Below, one piece after another: positions 20,912 to 29,949 of a stretch of 64,000 nt of DNA. The stretch is from assembly GCA_037128705.1 (NCBI GenBank), contig JBAXVX010000001.1, positions 174,383 to 238,382 on the forward strand, in the 5' to 3' direction. Source of the stretch: Bacteroidota bacterium (lineage in GTDB: Bacteria; Bacteroidota; Bacteroidia; Bacteroidales; FEN-979). The position numbers and the translations under genes were made by a program. Position 1 is the stretch's first letter, and every line of letters begins with the position of its first letter. Under the pieces are notes generated by a model, which saw only the letters and a program-made list of their open reading frames with translations, had not been told where the DNA came from and searched no databases.

Positions 20912-22549
20912 ATGGCAAAAGATATTATCTTTAGCATAAAAGCAAGAGAAGCGTTGAAGAAAGGCGTTGATGAACTTTCAAACGCTGTGAAGGTGACCCT
21001 TGGCCCCAAAGGTCGCAATGTCATTATTGATAAATCATATGGATCCCCCATCGTTACCAAGGACGGTGTTACCGTTGCAAAAGAGGTGGAACTGAGAGAC
21101 CCGGTTGAAAACATGGGCGCCCAGATGGTGAAGGAAGTGGCTTCCAAAACAAGTGATTTGGCCGGTGACGGAACAACCACTGCCACTGTTCTGGCCCAGG
21201 CAATTTTCACAACAGGTTTAAAAAATGTTACAGCAGGCGCCAACCCGATGGATTTGAAACGCGGGATTGACAAAGCAGTCGCAGAAGTTATCAAATCGCT
21301 GAAAGCACAAACCAAGCAGGTTGGTGACAGCATGGAGAAAATCGAGCAGGTTGCTTCGATTTCTGCCAACAATGACAGCTTCATTGGCAAGATGATTGCC
21401 GAAGCAATGGGAAAGGTGAAGAAAGAGGGTGTAATTACCATCGAAGAGGCCAAAGGAATTGAGACAACCGTAAAAGTTGTTGAAGGTATGCAATTCGATC
21501 GTGGTTACATCAGCCCCTATTTTGTGACTGATACCGATAAGATGGAAGTTGTGTATGAAACTCCCTACATCCTGATTTATGATAAAAAGGTAAGTGTCAT
21601 GAAAGACCTTCTTCCTGTTTTGGAAAAGGTTGTTCAGACTGGTCGTCCACTCATCATTGTCAGCGAGGATGTTGAAGGTGAAGCACTTGCAACACTGGTC
21701 GTGAACAAAATCCGTGGCACACTGAAAGTGGCTGCTGTGAAGGCTCCGGGATTCGGCGACCGCCGCAAGGAGATGCTTGAGGACATCGCAGTTCTTACAG
21801 GTGGAACCGTCATCAGTGAAGAAAAAGGTTTCAAGCTGGAAGATGCTACCCTGCAGTACCTCGGACAGGCTGAAAAAGTTACCATTGACAAGGAAAACAC
21901 AACCATCATCAATGGCAATGGCAAGAAGGCCGACATCACAGCCCGTATCAATCAGATAAAGACGCAGATCGGAACAACCACCTCGGATTATGATAAGGAA
22001 AAATTACAGGAACGCCTTGCCAAACTGGCCGGTGGTGTTGCTGTTATATACGTTGGTGCTGCATCCGAAGTGGAAATGAAAGAGAAGAAAGACCGCTTTG
22101 ATGATGCTTTGCATGCAACCCGTGCAGCCATTGAAGAGGGGATCATCCCCGGTGGTGGCGTTGCATATCTCCGCGCTCAGAAAGCCATTGAAAATTTAAA
22201 AGGTGCAAACGAAGATGAAACTACAGGGATTGCCATCATTAAGCGCGCCCTCGAAGAACCTCTCCGCCAGATTGTGGAAAATGCAGGCCTTGAAGGTTCT
22301 GTCGTGATCCAGAGGGTAAAAGAAGGAAAAGATGACTTTGGTTTCAACGCCCGCACTGATGAATATGAAAACCTTTACAAGGCAGGTGTAATCGATCCTA
22401 CCAAAGTAGCCCGCGTTGCACTTGAAAATGCAGCTTCCATTGCCAGCATGCTTCTGACCACCGAATGCGTGCTTGCAACCCATAAAGAAGAAAAACCTGC
22501 CATGCCCCCGATGAATCCTGGCATGGGTGGCATGGGTGACATGTATTAA
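20912..22549 (+). CDS. groL: chaperonin GroEL
   Basis: 545 aa. [12 protein letters not shown] motif, C-terminal [10 protein letters not shown] tail. Confidence 0.98.
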   Translation: MAKDIIFSIKAREALKKGVDELSNAVKVTLGPKGRNVIIDKSYGSPIVTKDGVTVAKEVELRDPVENMGAQMVKEVASKTSDLAGDGTTTATVLAQAIFTTGLKNVTAGANPMDLKRGIDKAVAEVIKSLKAQTKQVGDSMEKIEQVASISANNDSFIGKMIAEAMGKVKKEGVITIEEAKGIETTVKVVEGMQFDRGYISPYFVTDTDKMEVVYETPYILIYDKKVSVMKDLLPVLEKVVQTGRPLIIVSEDVEGEALATLVVNKIRGTLKVAAVKAPGFGDRRKEMLEDIAVLTGGTVISEEKGFKLEDATLQYLGQAEKVTIDKENTTIINGNGKKADITARINQIKTQIGTTTSDYDKEKLQERLAKLAGGVAVIYVGAASEVEMKEKKDRFDDALHATRAAIEEGIIPGGGVAYLRAQKAIENLKGANEDETTGIAIIKRALEEPLRQIVENAGLEGSVVIQRVKEGKDDFGFNARTDEYENLYKAGVIDPTKVARVALENAASIASMLLTTECVLATHKEEKPAMPPMNPGMGGMGDMY

Positions 22550-22566
22550 TCGTTAACAATCTTGTG

Positions 22567-22597
22567 AAAAAAGCCCTGAATTTTCAGGGCTTTTTTA
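22567..22597 (+). terminator. rho-independent terminator after groEL
   Basis: aaaaaa-gccctgaa-tt-ttcagggc-tttttt, 18 nt after the groEL stop. Confidence 0.85.
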
Positions 22598-22632
22598 TTA
22601 GAATTTCGTTAATATTGTATGAAGCAAAATAC

Positions 22633-23199
22633 ATGTATATGAGACATTACGCGTTCATTTTCAGTTTTATCTTAATACTTATGGCCATAAGCGCCAGGGT
22701 ACTTGCCCAGCAACAAGTTCAGTCGCCGAACTTACCCACCGACCCGGAGTCAAAGAAAATTATGTACCGGGCCGTGGTCGAGCAGGAAGGAACTCCGGCA
22801 TACCTTTACGACAAGGCCATTGAATGGTTTGGCTACTACTATCTGAACCCTCAGTCGATCTACGCAGTGCAGGATAAGGTGAATGGCAAGGTTGAAGGGC
22901 TTGGACGGCTGAAAATTTATTATATGGATGAAAAGGCAGGCGTGAGAAGAGATGCCGGGCTGGTTGTTTACCAGATCAAAATGGAATTCAAGGAAAACAA
23001 ATACCGGTATACACTTACCGACTTTAACCTGAAGGGAACTTCACGTTTCCCGATAGAAAAATGGATGAATAAAACTGATCCGGCCTATAATCCCAACTGG
23101 GACCTCTATCTTTTCCAGGTAGATACCACCATGCAAAGATTAATATCAACGCTGAAAGAAAAAATGAAACCCGTTGTACTGAAAAAAGATGAGTGGTGA
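22633..23199 (+). CDS. secreted DUF4468-like protein
   Basis: ORF track start 22564 lies inside the groEL terminator hairpin; ATG 22633/22639 precede a signal peptide (FIFSFILILMAISARVLAQQ). Pattern KIMYRAVVEQEGT..LYDKAIEWF resembles DUF4468 proteins (from memory). Confidence 0.5.
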   Translation: MYMRHYAFIFSFILILMAISARVLAQQQVQSPNLPTDPESKKIMYRAVVEQEGTPAYLYDKAIEWFGYYYLNPQSIYAVQDKVNGKVEGLGRLKIYYMDEKAGVRRDAGLVVYQIKMEFKENKYRYTLTDFNLKGTSRFPIEKWMNKTDPAYNPNWDLYLFQVDTTMQRLISTLKEKMKPVVLKKDEW

Positions 23200-24238
23200 A
23201 ACCAACCCGGATATCAGGGCACTGACAAAAGAGGAAATTGAACATTTCTTTGTTGAGCAGGGAGATAAAAAATTCCGAGCAGGCCAGGTGTATGCGTGGC
23301 TTTGGCAGAGGGGGTGTCGCTCGTTCGACGAAATGACCAACCTCAACAAAACCACACGGCAATTATTAAAGGATCATTTTACGTTTCATTCAGCCGCTGC
23401 CGATTCGCACCAGGTAAGTTCAGACGGAACCATTAAAATCGGGTTCAGGCTGCACGACGGGCTTCTGGCCGAGGGGGTGCTGATCCCGGCTGATGACCGG
23501 GTTACAGCCTGCATTTCATCGCAGGTAGGCTGTGCGCTTGGATGTAAATTTTGCGCTACCGGGTTGCTGGGCTTCAAGCGTAACCTGACGGCCGGCGAAA
23601 TTGTTGACCAGGTGACTGGTATCCAGCACCCAAAGTTCAGCGGGGAAAAACATCTGACGAATATTGTCTTCATGGGAATGGGTGAGCCTTTTCTGAATTA
23701 TGAAAATGTGCTGGCTGCCATCAAAAAGATCACTTCGGCGGAGGGGTTGGGCATGTCGCCTCAGCGAATCACTGTTTCGAGTGTCGGAATCCCCAAAATG
23801 ATTAAAAAAATGGCAGATGATGATCCCAAATATCATTTTGCCCTTTCATTGCACGCCGCAACGGATGTAAAGCGCAACCAGATCATCCCGTATAATCTGA
23901 AGCACCCGCTTAAAGAGATAGTTGAATCACTGAAATATTATCATCAGAAAACCGGCAAGCGAATAACCATTGAATATATTCTGTTCGGGAATTTTAATGA
24001 TTCAATAGCCGATGCAAAAGACCTTGCAGCTTTGTGCAGGAATTTCCCTGTTAAAATCAACATTATTGAATACAACCCGGTGAAGGAGACCCCCTTTGTG
24101 AAATCACATCCTGAAAACACCAAGGCTTTTGTTGCTTTTCTTGAAAAGCATAACATGGTGGTCAATGTCAGGAAAAGCAGGGGCAAAGATATTGATGCCG
24201 CTTGCGGGCAGCTTGCAGGGAAACATTTTAAAAGCTGA
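23189..24238 (+). CDS. rlmN: 23S rRNA/tRNA adenine-C2 methyltransferase RlmN (radical SAM)
   Basis: 349 aa. Radical-SAM cluster motif GCALGCKFCATG, C-terminal DIDAACGQL. Confidence 0.93.
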   Translation: MSGETNPDIRALTKEEIEHFFVEQGDKKFRAGQVYAWLWQRGCRSFDEMTNLNKTTRQLLKDHFTFHSAAADSHQVSSDGTIKIGFRLHDGLLAEGVLIPADDRVTACISSQVGCALGCKFCATGLLGFKRNLTAGEIVDQVTGIQHPKFSGEKHLTNIVFMGMGEPFLNYENVLAAIKKITSAEGLGMSPQRITVSSVGIPKMIKKMADDDPKYHFALSLHAATDVKRNQIIPYNLKHPLKEIVESLKYYHQKTGKRITIEYILFGNFNDSIADAKDLAALCRNFPVKINIIEYNPVKETPFVKSHPENTKAFVAFLEKHNMVVNVRKSRGKDIDAACGQLAGKHFKS

Positions 24239-24287
24239 AAAAACTTGTGATCCTTGAACATTTACCTTATACCTTAAATAATCTGTT

Positions 24288-25925
24288 ATGAGCCGTTCTT
24301 CATTTGAAATCCAGGGTAATATTGTTGACGTGGTCGGTAAAAGAATTTTCCAGGGAACTGTTGTCATCCGTGATGGAAGGATAAACGCCATCCGTGAGGA
24401 ACCAGTATCCTCCGAAGAATTTATCCTCCCGGGACTGGTTGACGCCCACATCCATATTGAGAGTTCCATGCTGATCCCATCCGAATTTGCACGGCTGGCA
24501 GTGATCCATGGCACGGTGGGTACGGTGTCTGATCCTCATGAAATTGCCAATGTACTGGGCGTGCCGGGCGTGAAATTCATGATCGACAATGGGAAGAAGG
24601 TTCCATTCAAATTTAATTTTGGTGCCCCCTCATGCGTGCCGGCTACCCCGTTTGAAACGGCTGGCGCCATTCTCGGGCCCGATGAAGTTGGAGAGCTGCT
24701 CCGGATGCCGGAAATCAGGTATTTATCAGAAATGATGAATTTCCCGGGGGTGTTATTCAGCGATCCGGAAGTCATGTCAAAGCTTGCCCTGGCAAAAGCG
24801 GCAGGTAAGCCAGTTGACGGGCACGCCCCGGGCGTTATCGGTGAAAATGCTAAAAAATATATCAGGGCCGGGATTTCTACCGACCACGAATGCTTCTCCC
24901 TTGAAGAAGCCCATGAAAAGATCAGGTACGGAATGCACATCCTGATACGTGAAGGCAGCGCAGCCAAGAATTTTGAAACGCTGTACCCGTTGATCGATGA
25001 ATACCCTGACCTTGTCATGTTCTGCTCTGATGATAAACATCCCAACGACCTTGTGGCAGGGCACATCAACCTGGAGGTAAAAAGAGCCATTGAAAAGGGT
25101 ATGAATGTCATGAATGTTTTGCGCTGCTGCACCTATAACCCGGTGAAGCACTACAACCTGGATATTGGTTTGTTACAGGTCGGGGACCCGGCTGATTTAA
25201 TACGGGTTGATAACTTTACCGACATGAATGTCCTGTCGACCTGGGTTAATGGGGAGAAGGTGGCAGAAAACGGAAAAACATTGATCTCAAGTGTTTCTGA
25301 AGTCCCCTTCAATAAATTTGAGATTGGGAAAATAGTGCCTTCAGAGATTTGCGTTAACCCTGAGGAGGGCCAGATTCTTGTTCAGGGGGCTTTTGACGGA
25401 CAACTGATTACGGAGCAGATGGTCGTTGTACCCACCATTGTCGGAAATAATGTCGTGAGCGACCCGGCCGGCGATATTCTGAAGATTGTCGTTAAAAACA
25501 GGTATCATGAAAGCAAAGCGGCCGTTGGTTTCATCCATAACATCGGATTAAAAAGGGGTGCGATCGCATCCTGCGTGGCACACGACAGCCACAACATCAT
25601 TGCGGTGGGCGTTGACGATGAATCCATTGCAACTGCCATCAACCTCATCATCGAAGCAAAAGGAGGCATATCCCTGGTGGATGGTGCATTAAAAATAACG
25701 CTGCCGTTGCCATTCGCAGGAATTATGACGGGAGTTGAAGGATTTGAGGTTGCCCGACTGTACGATGAAATGGATAAAAAGGCAAAAGAAATGGGGAGTT
25801 CCTTGTCAGCCCCATATATGACCCTGTCTTTCATGGCTTTATTGGTCATTCCTGACCTGAAGCTCAGTGATAAAGGCTTGTTTGATGGAACGCGTTTTGC
25901 GTTTACAAGCCTTTTCAAAAAATAA
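24288..25925 (+). CDS. ade: adenine deaminase
   Basis: 545 aa. Amidohydrolase metal motif LPGLVDAHIHIESS, two-domain length typical of Ade. Confidence 0.85.
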   Translation: MSRSSFEIQGNIVDVVGKRIFQGTVVIRDGRINAIREEPVSSEEFILPGLVDAHIHIESSMLIPSEFARLAVIHGTVGTVSDPHEIANVLGVPGVKFMIDNGKKVPFKFNFGAPSCVPATPFETAGAILGPDEVGELLRMPEIRYLSEMMNFPGVLFSDPEVMSKLALAKAAGKPVDGHAPGVIGENAKKYIRAGISTDHECFSLEEAHEKIRYGMHILIREGSAAKNFETLYPLIDEYPDLVMFCSDDKHPNDLVAGHINLEVKRAIEKGMNVMNVLRCCTYNPVKHYNLDIGLLQVGDPADLIRVDNFTDMNVLSTWVNGEKVAENGKTLISSVSEVPFNKFEIGKIVPSEICVNPEEGQILVQGAFDGQLITEQMVVVPTIVGNNVVSDPAGDILKIVVKNRYHESKAAVGFIHNIGLKRGAIASCVAHDSHNIIAVGVDDESIATAINLIIEAKGGISLVDGALKITLPLPFAGIMTGVEGFEVARLYDEMDKKAKEMGSSLSAPYMTLSFMALLVIPDLKLSDKGLFDGTRFAFTSLFKK

Positions 25926-25931
25926 ATACAC

Positions 25932-25943
25932 ATATGTACATAT
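25932..25943. promoter_or_regulatory. perfect 12-bp palindrome ATATGTACATAT upstream of the ArsR-family gene
   Basis: Self-complementary 12-mer, 6 nt after the ade stop and 51 nt before the arsR-like ATG. Confidence 0.3.
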
Positions 25944-25954
25944 ATTCTGAAAGG

Positions 25955-25984
25955 TTATTGTTATCTTTGTAACAGAAACAATAA
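25955..25984. promoter_or_regulatory. inverted repeat TTATTGTT-N14-AACAATAA (with nested TGTTA-N6-TAACA) spanning the ArsR-family -7 box; candidate operator
   Basis: Arms at 25955-25962 and 25977-25984; the nested arms at 25959-25963 / 25970-25974 bracket TATCTTTG. The region is AT-rich, so chance repeats are plausible. Confidence 0.3.
25962..25969 (+). promoter_or_regulatory. candidate -7 box (TATCTTTG) for ArsR-family gene
   Basis: TAnnTTTG match, 25 nt upstream of ATG 25995, embedded in an inverted repeat. Confidence 0.4.
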
Positions 25985-25994
25985 TCAACACGCT

Positions 25995-26297
25995 ATGAAG
26001 ACTAAAACGAACCTCGACATTCAAAAACTAGAACTTGCTGCCAGTAAACTGCGTGCAATGGCCCACCCTATGCGTATCGCTATCATTGATCTCCTGACAG
26101 TGAATAATGAACTCACTGTAACTGAAATTTATGAGCGGCTGAGTATTGAACAAGCATCTGCATCTCATCATCTCAATATATTGAAAAACAAAGGATTGTT
26201 GAATTCAAAACGGAATGGCAAAATGATTTTTTATTCCTTGAAGACCAATGTTCTGGCGAATGTAATTGATTGCATCAACCAGTGCACCATGCATTAA
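25995..26297 (+). CDS. ArsR/SmtB family winged-helix transcriptional regulator
   Basis: 100 aa. ..LRAMAHPMRIAIIDLL..ELTVTEIYERLSIEQASASHHLNILKNKGLL.. is the ArsR HTH signature. Confidence 0.85.
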   Translation: MKTKTNLDIQKLELAASKLRAMAHPMRIAIIDLLTVNNELTVTEIYERLSIEQASASHHLNILKNKGLLNSKRNGKMIFYSLKTNVLANVIDCINQCTMH

Positions 26298-28087
26298 TCC
26301 CATGTTTCTTCAACATCCCAGTTTGCGCGTATCTCAATGATCTTTGGAAAGTATTTAACCTCTTCAGGCTGCAGGTTCTTTCTGTAGTTCCCTGAATCCC
26401 ACCGCCTGTTTTTATTCCGGTCAAGTATGGCTTTGATCTTGTATTTCCCGGGGTTCATAAAAGCAAAACGGATTTTTCCCGATTGTGATGTTACGTACTC
26501 TTCATAAAGTATAACCTCCTTTTCATCAAGCAACTGGACGATATATTGTCCGGGCCTTTTCTCCAGGTTCATGGTCAGGATCAGGTTCCCGAAATCTCTT
26601 TCCGACCTGGACCTGAAATCCATCAGGACCGAGTCATGACTTATATCGTTAATTCCATAAAAGACCGAGTCGGGGATGATCAGTTTATACGCCAGGTCTT
26701 CCCCCCATTTATGCTGAACGACAGCCATTCGTTTCAAACTGTCGGTGAACTCTATTTTCGGGTGCAGCGTGTCCTTGTTGTCAACCAGCAGGACCCTGGA
26801 TAAATCCCACCGGGTGAGGGGAGAAGAAAATGTGAGCAGGAAGTTATTTTTAAACTGGTTAAGCCCGGCGCCTTTCACTGAGTTGGTAATGGCAAGCTGG
26901 GTGACGTTTCCCTTTTTCTCTGATTTTTTTTGCGGGAGTTTTTTGGCAATATCCAGCGTAACCGTATCAACCACCTTATTTCCTGTCATCACTTTAAGGA
27001 TGAGTGAGTCGGTTGACGGACGCGTGACCCACAGAGTTACGGAATCTCTTTTGGCTGAATATTCCTCCTTGTGCCAGGACGCAATGGAATCGAAATTCAA
27101 AGGAATGAACCGGATGTCCTTTACCGGGAAACGGAAAGTGATCAGGGCGACTCCCTCAGCGGGAGAAACAGACTTGGATACCCGCTGGATGGAATCGGTC
27201 TCTTCAAAAAGAAACAGGGAATAGGAAGGATACAATGCCCTGATGCGTTTTACAGAATCGGCTTTACGCGTTGAATCAGCTTTTTTCAGCAATTCGGGAT
27301 TAACGGCCTTTGGCTTTGGATTTTTCAAAGGAACAAATTCCGAGGAGTCCTTTTTTGTCGTATCAGCCTTTTCCATGGCAATATAGTAGGGCTTGACCAG
27401 GCTGTCGAAGAAGGCAATTTTTTCGGTTGATTGATTGAAGATCAGGTCCCCGTTCTGATCGAACAAGGCCACAAGTTTAAATTGTTTATCCTGCAGATTT
27501 TTGAAAATGAAATTCCCGTTCTCATCGGTTTTCGTCAGGTAATAGGGAGCAAAATGAAGCGGAAGCGAATCGAGGGGGAGAGTGTCGTTGTTGTTGAGAT
27601 ACAATTCCACAAAGGCATCCTTTTGCGGTTTGTGATCAAATGCATTGACCAGGGTTCCCTGCAGTGAGAGGGAATCAACAAAGGGGCCCGTGGAAAATAC
27701 GTAGTTGAAACCCTTGAGGATATTGTTTTCGGTGAAATCGGCAATGGCATTGCCAAAGGTGACGGAATAGGTGATGTTTTGAACCAGGCTGTCGTCAAAT
27801 TTCATTAACAGCGATTTTCCGCGTAACCTTGGGTCCAGGGCTTTTTTTAAGGGAGGAGAGATGAAAACTTCGGTGGCGGGATTCTTCAGGTTGATGAATT
27901 CATTGAAATCGATCCGGAAGTTATCTCCGCTAAAGTTAACGGCAAAATTAGGTGGATCACAGCCAAGGACTTTGGGCGGATCTGTATCCTTTGGTCCTCC
28001 GGTCGGAGTAACGGGGTTGGCACAGCGATACAGCGATAAAGCAGTTACAATAATAAAAAAGTAAAATAAACTGTTTATTCGTTGCAC
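26294..28087 (-). CDS. Ig-like (SbsA/Big_5-type) domain lipoprotein
   Basis: ORF track 26294..28180. In-frame GTG at 28087 gives MQRINSLFYFFIIVTALSLYRC (lipobox) and lies 32 nt downstream of a minus-strand TAAATTTG box (28120-28127). Mature N-terminus ANPVTPTGGPKDTDPPKV is typical of Bacteroidota Ig-like lipoproteins. Confidence 0.65.
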   Translation of the reverse strand: MQRINSLFYFFIIVTALSLYRCANPVTPTGGPKDTDPPKVLGCDPPNFAVNFSGDNFRIDFNEFINLKNPATEVFISPPLKKALDPRLRGKSLLMKFDDSLVQNITYSVTFGNAIADFTENNILKGFNYVFSTGPFVDSLSLQGTLVNAFDHKPQKDAFVELYLNNNDTLPLDSLPLHFAPYYLTKTDENGNFIFKNLQDKQFKLVALFDQNGDLIFNQSTEKIAFFDSLVKPYYIAMEKADTTKKDSSEFVPLKNPKPKAVNPELLKKADSTRKADSVKRIRALYPSYSLFLFEETDSIQRVSKSVSPAEGVALITFRFPVKDIRFIPLNFDSIASWHKEEYSAKRDSVTLWVTRPSTDSLILKVMTGNKVVDTVTLDIAKKLPQKKSEKKGNVTQLAITNSVKGAGLNQFKNNFLLTFSSPLTRWDLSRVLLVDNKDTLHPKIEFTDSLKRMAVVQHKWGEDLAYKLIIPDSVFYGINDISHDSVLMDFRSRSERDFGNLILTMNLEKRPGQYIVQLLDEKEVILYEEYVTSQSGKIRFAFMNPGKYKIKAILDRNKNRRWDSGNYRKNLQPEEVKYFPKIIEIRANWDVEETWD

Positions 28088-28105
28088 CTGAGCTGAGGAT
28101 TTTCG

Positions 28106-28113
28106 TAAGTTTG
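28106..28113 (+). promoter_or_regulatory. candidate -7 box (TAAGTTTG) for yebC-like gene
   Basis: TAnnTTTG match, 81 nt upstream of ATG 28195. Confidence 0.3.
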
Positions 28114-28119
28114 CGACCC

Positions 28120-28127
28120 CAAATTTA
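28120..28127 (-). promoter_or_regulatory. candidate -7 box (TAAATTTG) for Ig-like lipoprotein gene
   Basis: TAnnTTTG match on the minus strand, 32 nt upstream of in-frame GTG 28087. Confidence 0.4.
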
Positions 28128-28194
28128 CCAATCGTTTTGATAAGAGAACCTTTTTTTATTAATTTTACATTGTTAATCATTAAACAGCTACCCT

Positions 28195-28935
28195 ATGTCA
28201 GGTCACAATAAATGGTCCACCATTAAACGAAAAAAAGGAGCAATCGATGCCAAAAGGTCTAAGATTTTCTCCAAAATCATTAAGGACATTACCATTGCAG
28301 TTAAAGATGGCGGAGCCGATCCTGATGGGAATCCGCGACTGAGACTGGCCATTTCCAATGCAAAGGGAGCCTCCATGCCCAAGGATAATATTCAACGGGC
28401 GATCAGCAAGGGTGCCGACAAGGATTCCGCTGCACTCCTCGAAACAACTTATGAGGGGAAGGGCCCTCACGGGGTTGCCATTTTTGTTGAATGCACTACG
28501 GATAACCTCCAGCGTACCGTGTCGAATATTCGCGCCTATTTTAATAAACACGGAGGGGAATTGGGTCAGAATGGGATGTTGAACTACCTGTTCGACCGCA
28601 AAGGAATCTTTGTCGTTCCCAAGGGTGATTTAAACCAGGATGATTTTGAGATGGAGATGATCGATGCAGGGGCAGAAGATATTGCACTGGAGGATGATTT
28701 TTTCACCATCACTACCGCCATGGAAGATTTTGGCAGCATGATCAAGAAGCTGGAACATCTGCAAATTGAACCTGAAAGCGCATCGCTTCAGCGTATTCCG
28801 AAAACTATGGTTAACCTCGACGAGGATGCCACACGCAAGGTGCTCAAGCTGGTTGACATTATTGAGGAGGATGAGGATGTGCAAAACGTCTTTCATACGC
28901 TGGCCATCAGCGATGAGATGGCAGAAAAATTGTAA
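28195..28935 (+). CDS. YebC/PmpR family DNA-binding regulator
   Basis: 246 aa. Near-invariant N-terminus MSGHNKWSTIKRKKGAIDAKRSKIFSK. Confidence 0.93.
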   Translation: MSGHNKWSTIKRKKGAIDAKRSKIFSKIIKDITIAVKDGGADPDGNPRLRLAISNAKGASMPKDNIQRAISKGADKDSAALLETTYEGKGPHGVAIFVECTTDNLQRTVSNIRAYFNKHGGELGQNGMLNYLFDRKGIFVVPKGDLNQDDFEMEMIDAGAEDIALEDDFFTITTAMEDFGSMIKKLEHLQIEPESASLQRIPKTMVNLDEDATRKVLKLVDIIEEDEDVQNVFHTLAISDEMAEKL

Positions 28936-28966
28936 CAAAAAACGCGGCTCGCAGCCGCGTTTTTTA
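28936..28966. terminator. bidirectional terminator between convergent yebC-like gene and response regulator
   Basis: aaaaaa-acgcggct-cgc-agccgcgt-ttttt; an A-run and a T-run flank an 8-bp GC-rich stem, so it can serve both strands. Confidence 0.8.
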
Positions 28967-28967
28967 T

Positions 28968-29939
28968 TTATACCTCGCAGATATATTGTGTAAGGTTGGT
29001 TCCTTTGGGCAGGTCCAGTTTTTTCCTCAGCCTGATCCTTGAGATTTCGGTACTGGGTGCCGTTATCTTCAGGATATGAGAAATTTCCTTGGTGTTCAGG
29101 TTCATGCGTAACAAGGCGCACAACTTGTGATCGTTGGGAGTAAGTTGCGGGAATTTCTTCCTGAGGCGGTCAAAGAACCCCGGGTGTATTTTCTCAAAGT
29201 GTGCCTTGATCCGGTACCAGTCATTATCAAACTTAATATTTTCATCGATGGTTTTTAACACCCTGGCGATCTCAACCTTTGTGACATTCTTTTCCGTTTT
29301 CAGGAGCCGGTTGATATCCTTTTTGATCAGTCCGATGATCTTGTTTTTCTGAGAGATGAAGATGGAAGAGGTAGCCAGTTCGCGGTTGATCAGGTCAAGC
29401 TCCATATGGTGCTTCTGCTTCAGCAGTTGATTCACCTTCTGCTCGGCACGGATACGTTCCTGAAGACGCAGGTTACGTTCCTTTTCGACTTTTTTACGCT
29501 GCTCAATTTCACTTTTGAGCTCAGAGATGATGCGCTCATTGGTTATTTCCAGGTTGCGCTGATAATTTGCAACCTCGATGGCAGCACGTACCTGGTCAAT
29601 TTCTACGGGTTTAAAAAGATAGGCATAAGGTTTCAGGGAAAATGATTTGGAAAACACCTCATTTTTATTCATGGAGGTGAGGAAGATGATTCCGCAGTTA
29701 TAATTTTCTGTAAGGATGCGGGCAGCTTCAATCCCATCCATTTTACCTGCAAGCCTGACATCCATGATGACAATGTCGGGTTCCATCTTGTTCTCCTGAA
29801 GATTGGCAATATTTTCAATTGCATTCTCTCCTTTGGTATCAATGCCCAGCACTTCATATCCCATGTTGGTCAGTTTGGCCTTCAGGTCATGTGCTATAAT
29901 TAACTCATCTTCTACAATATACAAACTAATTGGCGCCAT
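28968..29939 (-). CDS. response regulator: receiver + coiled coil + LuxR-like HTH
   Basis: 323 aa. Receiver (LYIVEDE.., DIVIMDVRLAGKMDG, LFKP), central Lys/Glu-rich coiled coil, C-terminal LTPNDHKLCALLRMNLNTKEISHIL..STEISRIRLRKKL HTH. Confidence 0.8.
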   Translation of the reverse strand: MAPISLYIVEDELIIAHDLKAKLTNMGYEVLGIDTKGENAIENIANLQENKMEPDIVIMDVRLAGKMDGIEAARILTENYNCGIIFLTSMNKNEVFSKSFSLKPYAYLFKPVEIDQVRAAIEVANYQRNLEITNERIISELKSEIEQRKKVEKERNLRLQERIRAEQKVNQLLKQKHHMELDLINRELATSSIFISQKNKIIGLIKKDINRLLKTEKNVTKVEIARVLKTIDENIKFDNDWYRIKAHFEKIHPGFFDRLRKKFPQLTPNDHKLCALLRMNLNTKEISHILKITAPSTEISRIRLRKKLDLPKGTNLTQYICEV

Positions 29940-29949
29940 AATCAGGTAA

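Noticed and set aside
20896-21453. 185-aa minus-strand ORF antisense to groEL. Similar long antisense ORFs occur at 42299-43156 (285 aa, in the hybrid kinase), 13765-14436 and 14168-14683 (in recG), 24536-25132 (in ade), 49004-49462 (in purE) and 453-662 / 809-1009 (in the PorW-like gene).
   Set aside because: All lie wholly inside strongly supported genes on the opposite strand and have Ser/Pro/Arg/Phe-rich low-complexity translations typical of shadow frames. None has its own promoter box or a recognisable motif.
26294-26297. Convergent ArsR-family and Ig-like lipoprotein genes share overlapping stop codons within TTAA.
   Set aside because: This is a real feature of the sequence but a common consequence of tight packing. 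No terminator or other structure is associated with it, so it has no evident functional implication.
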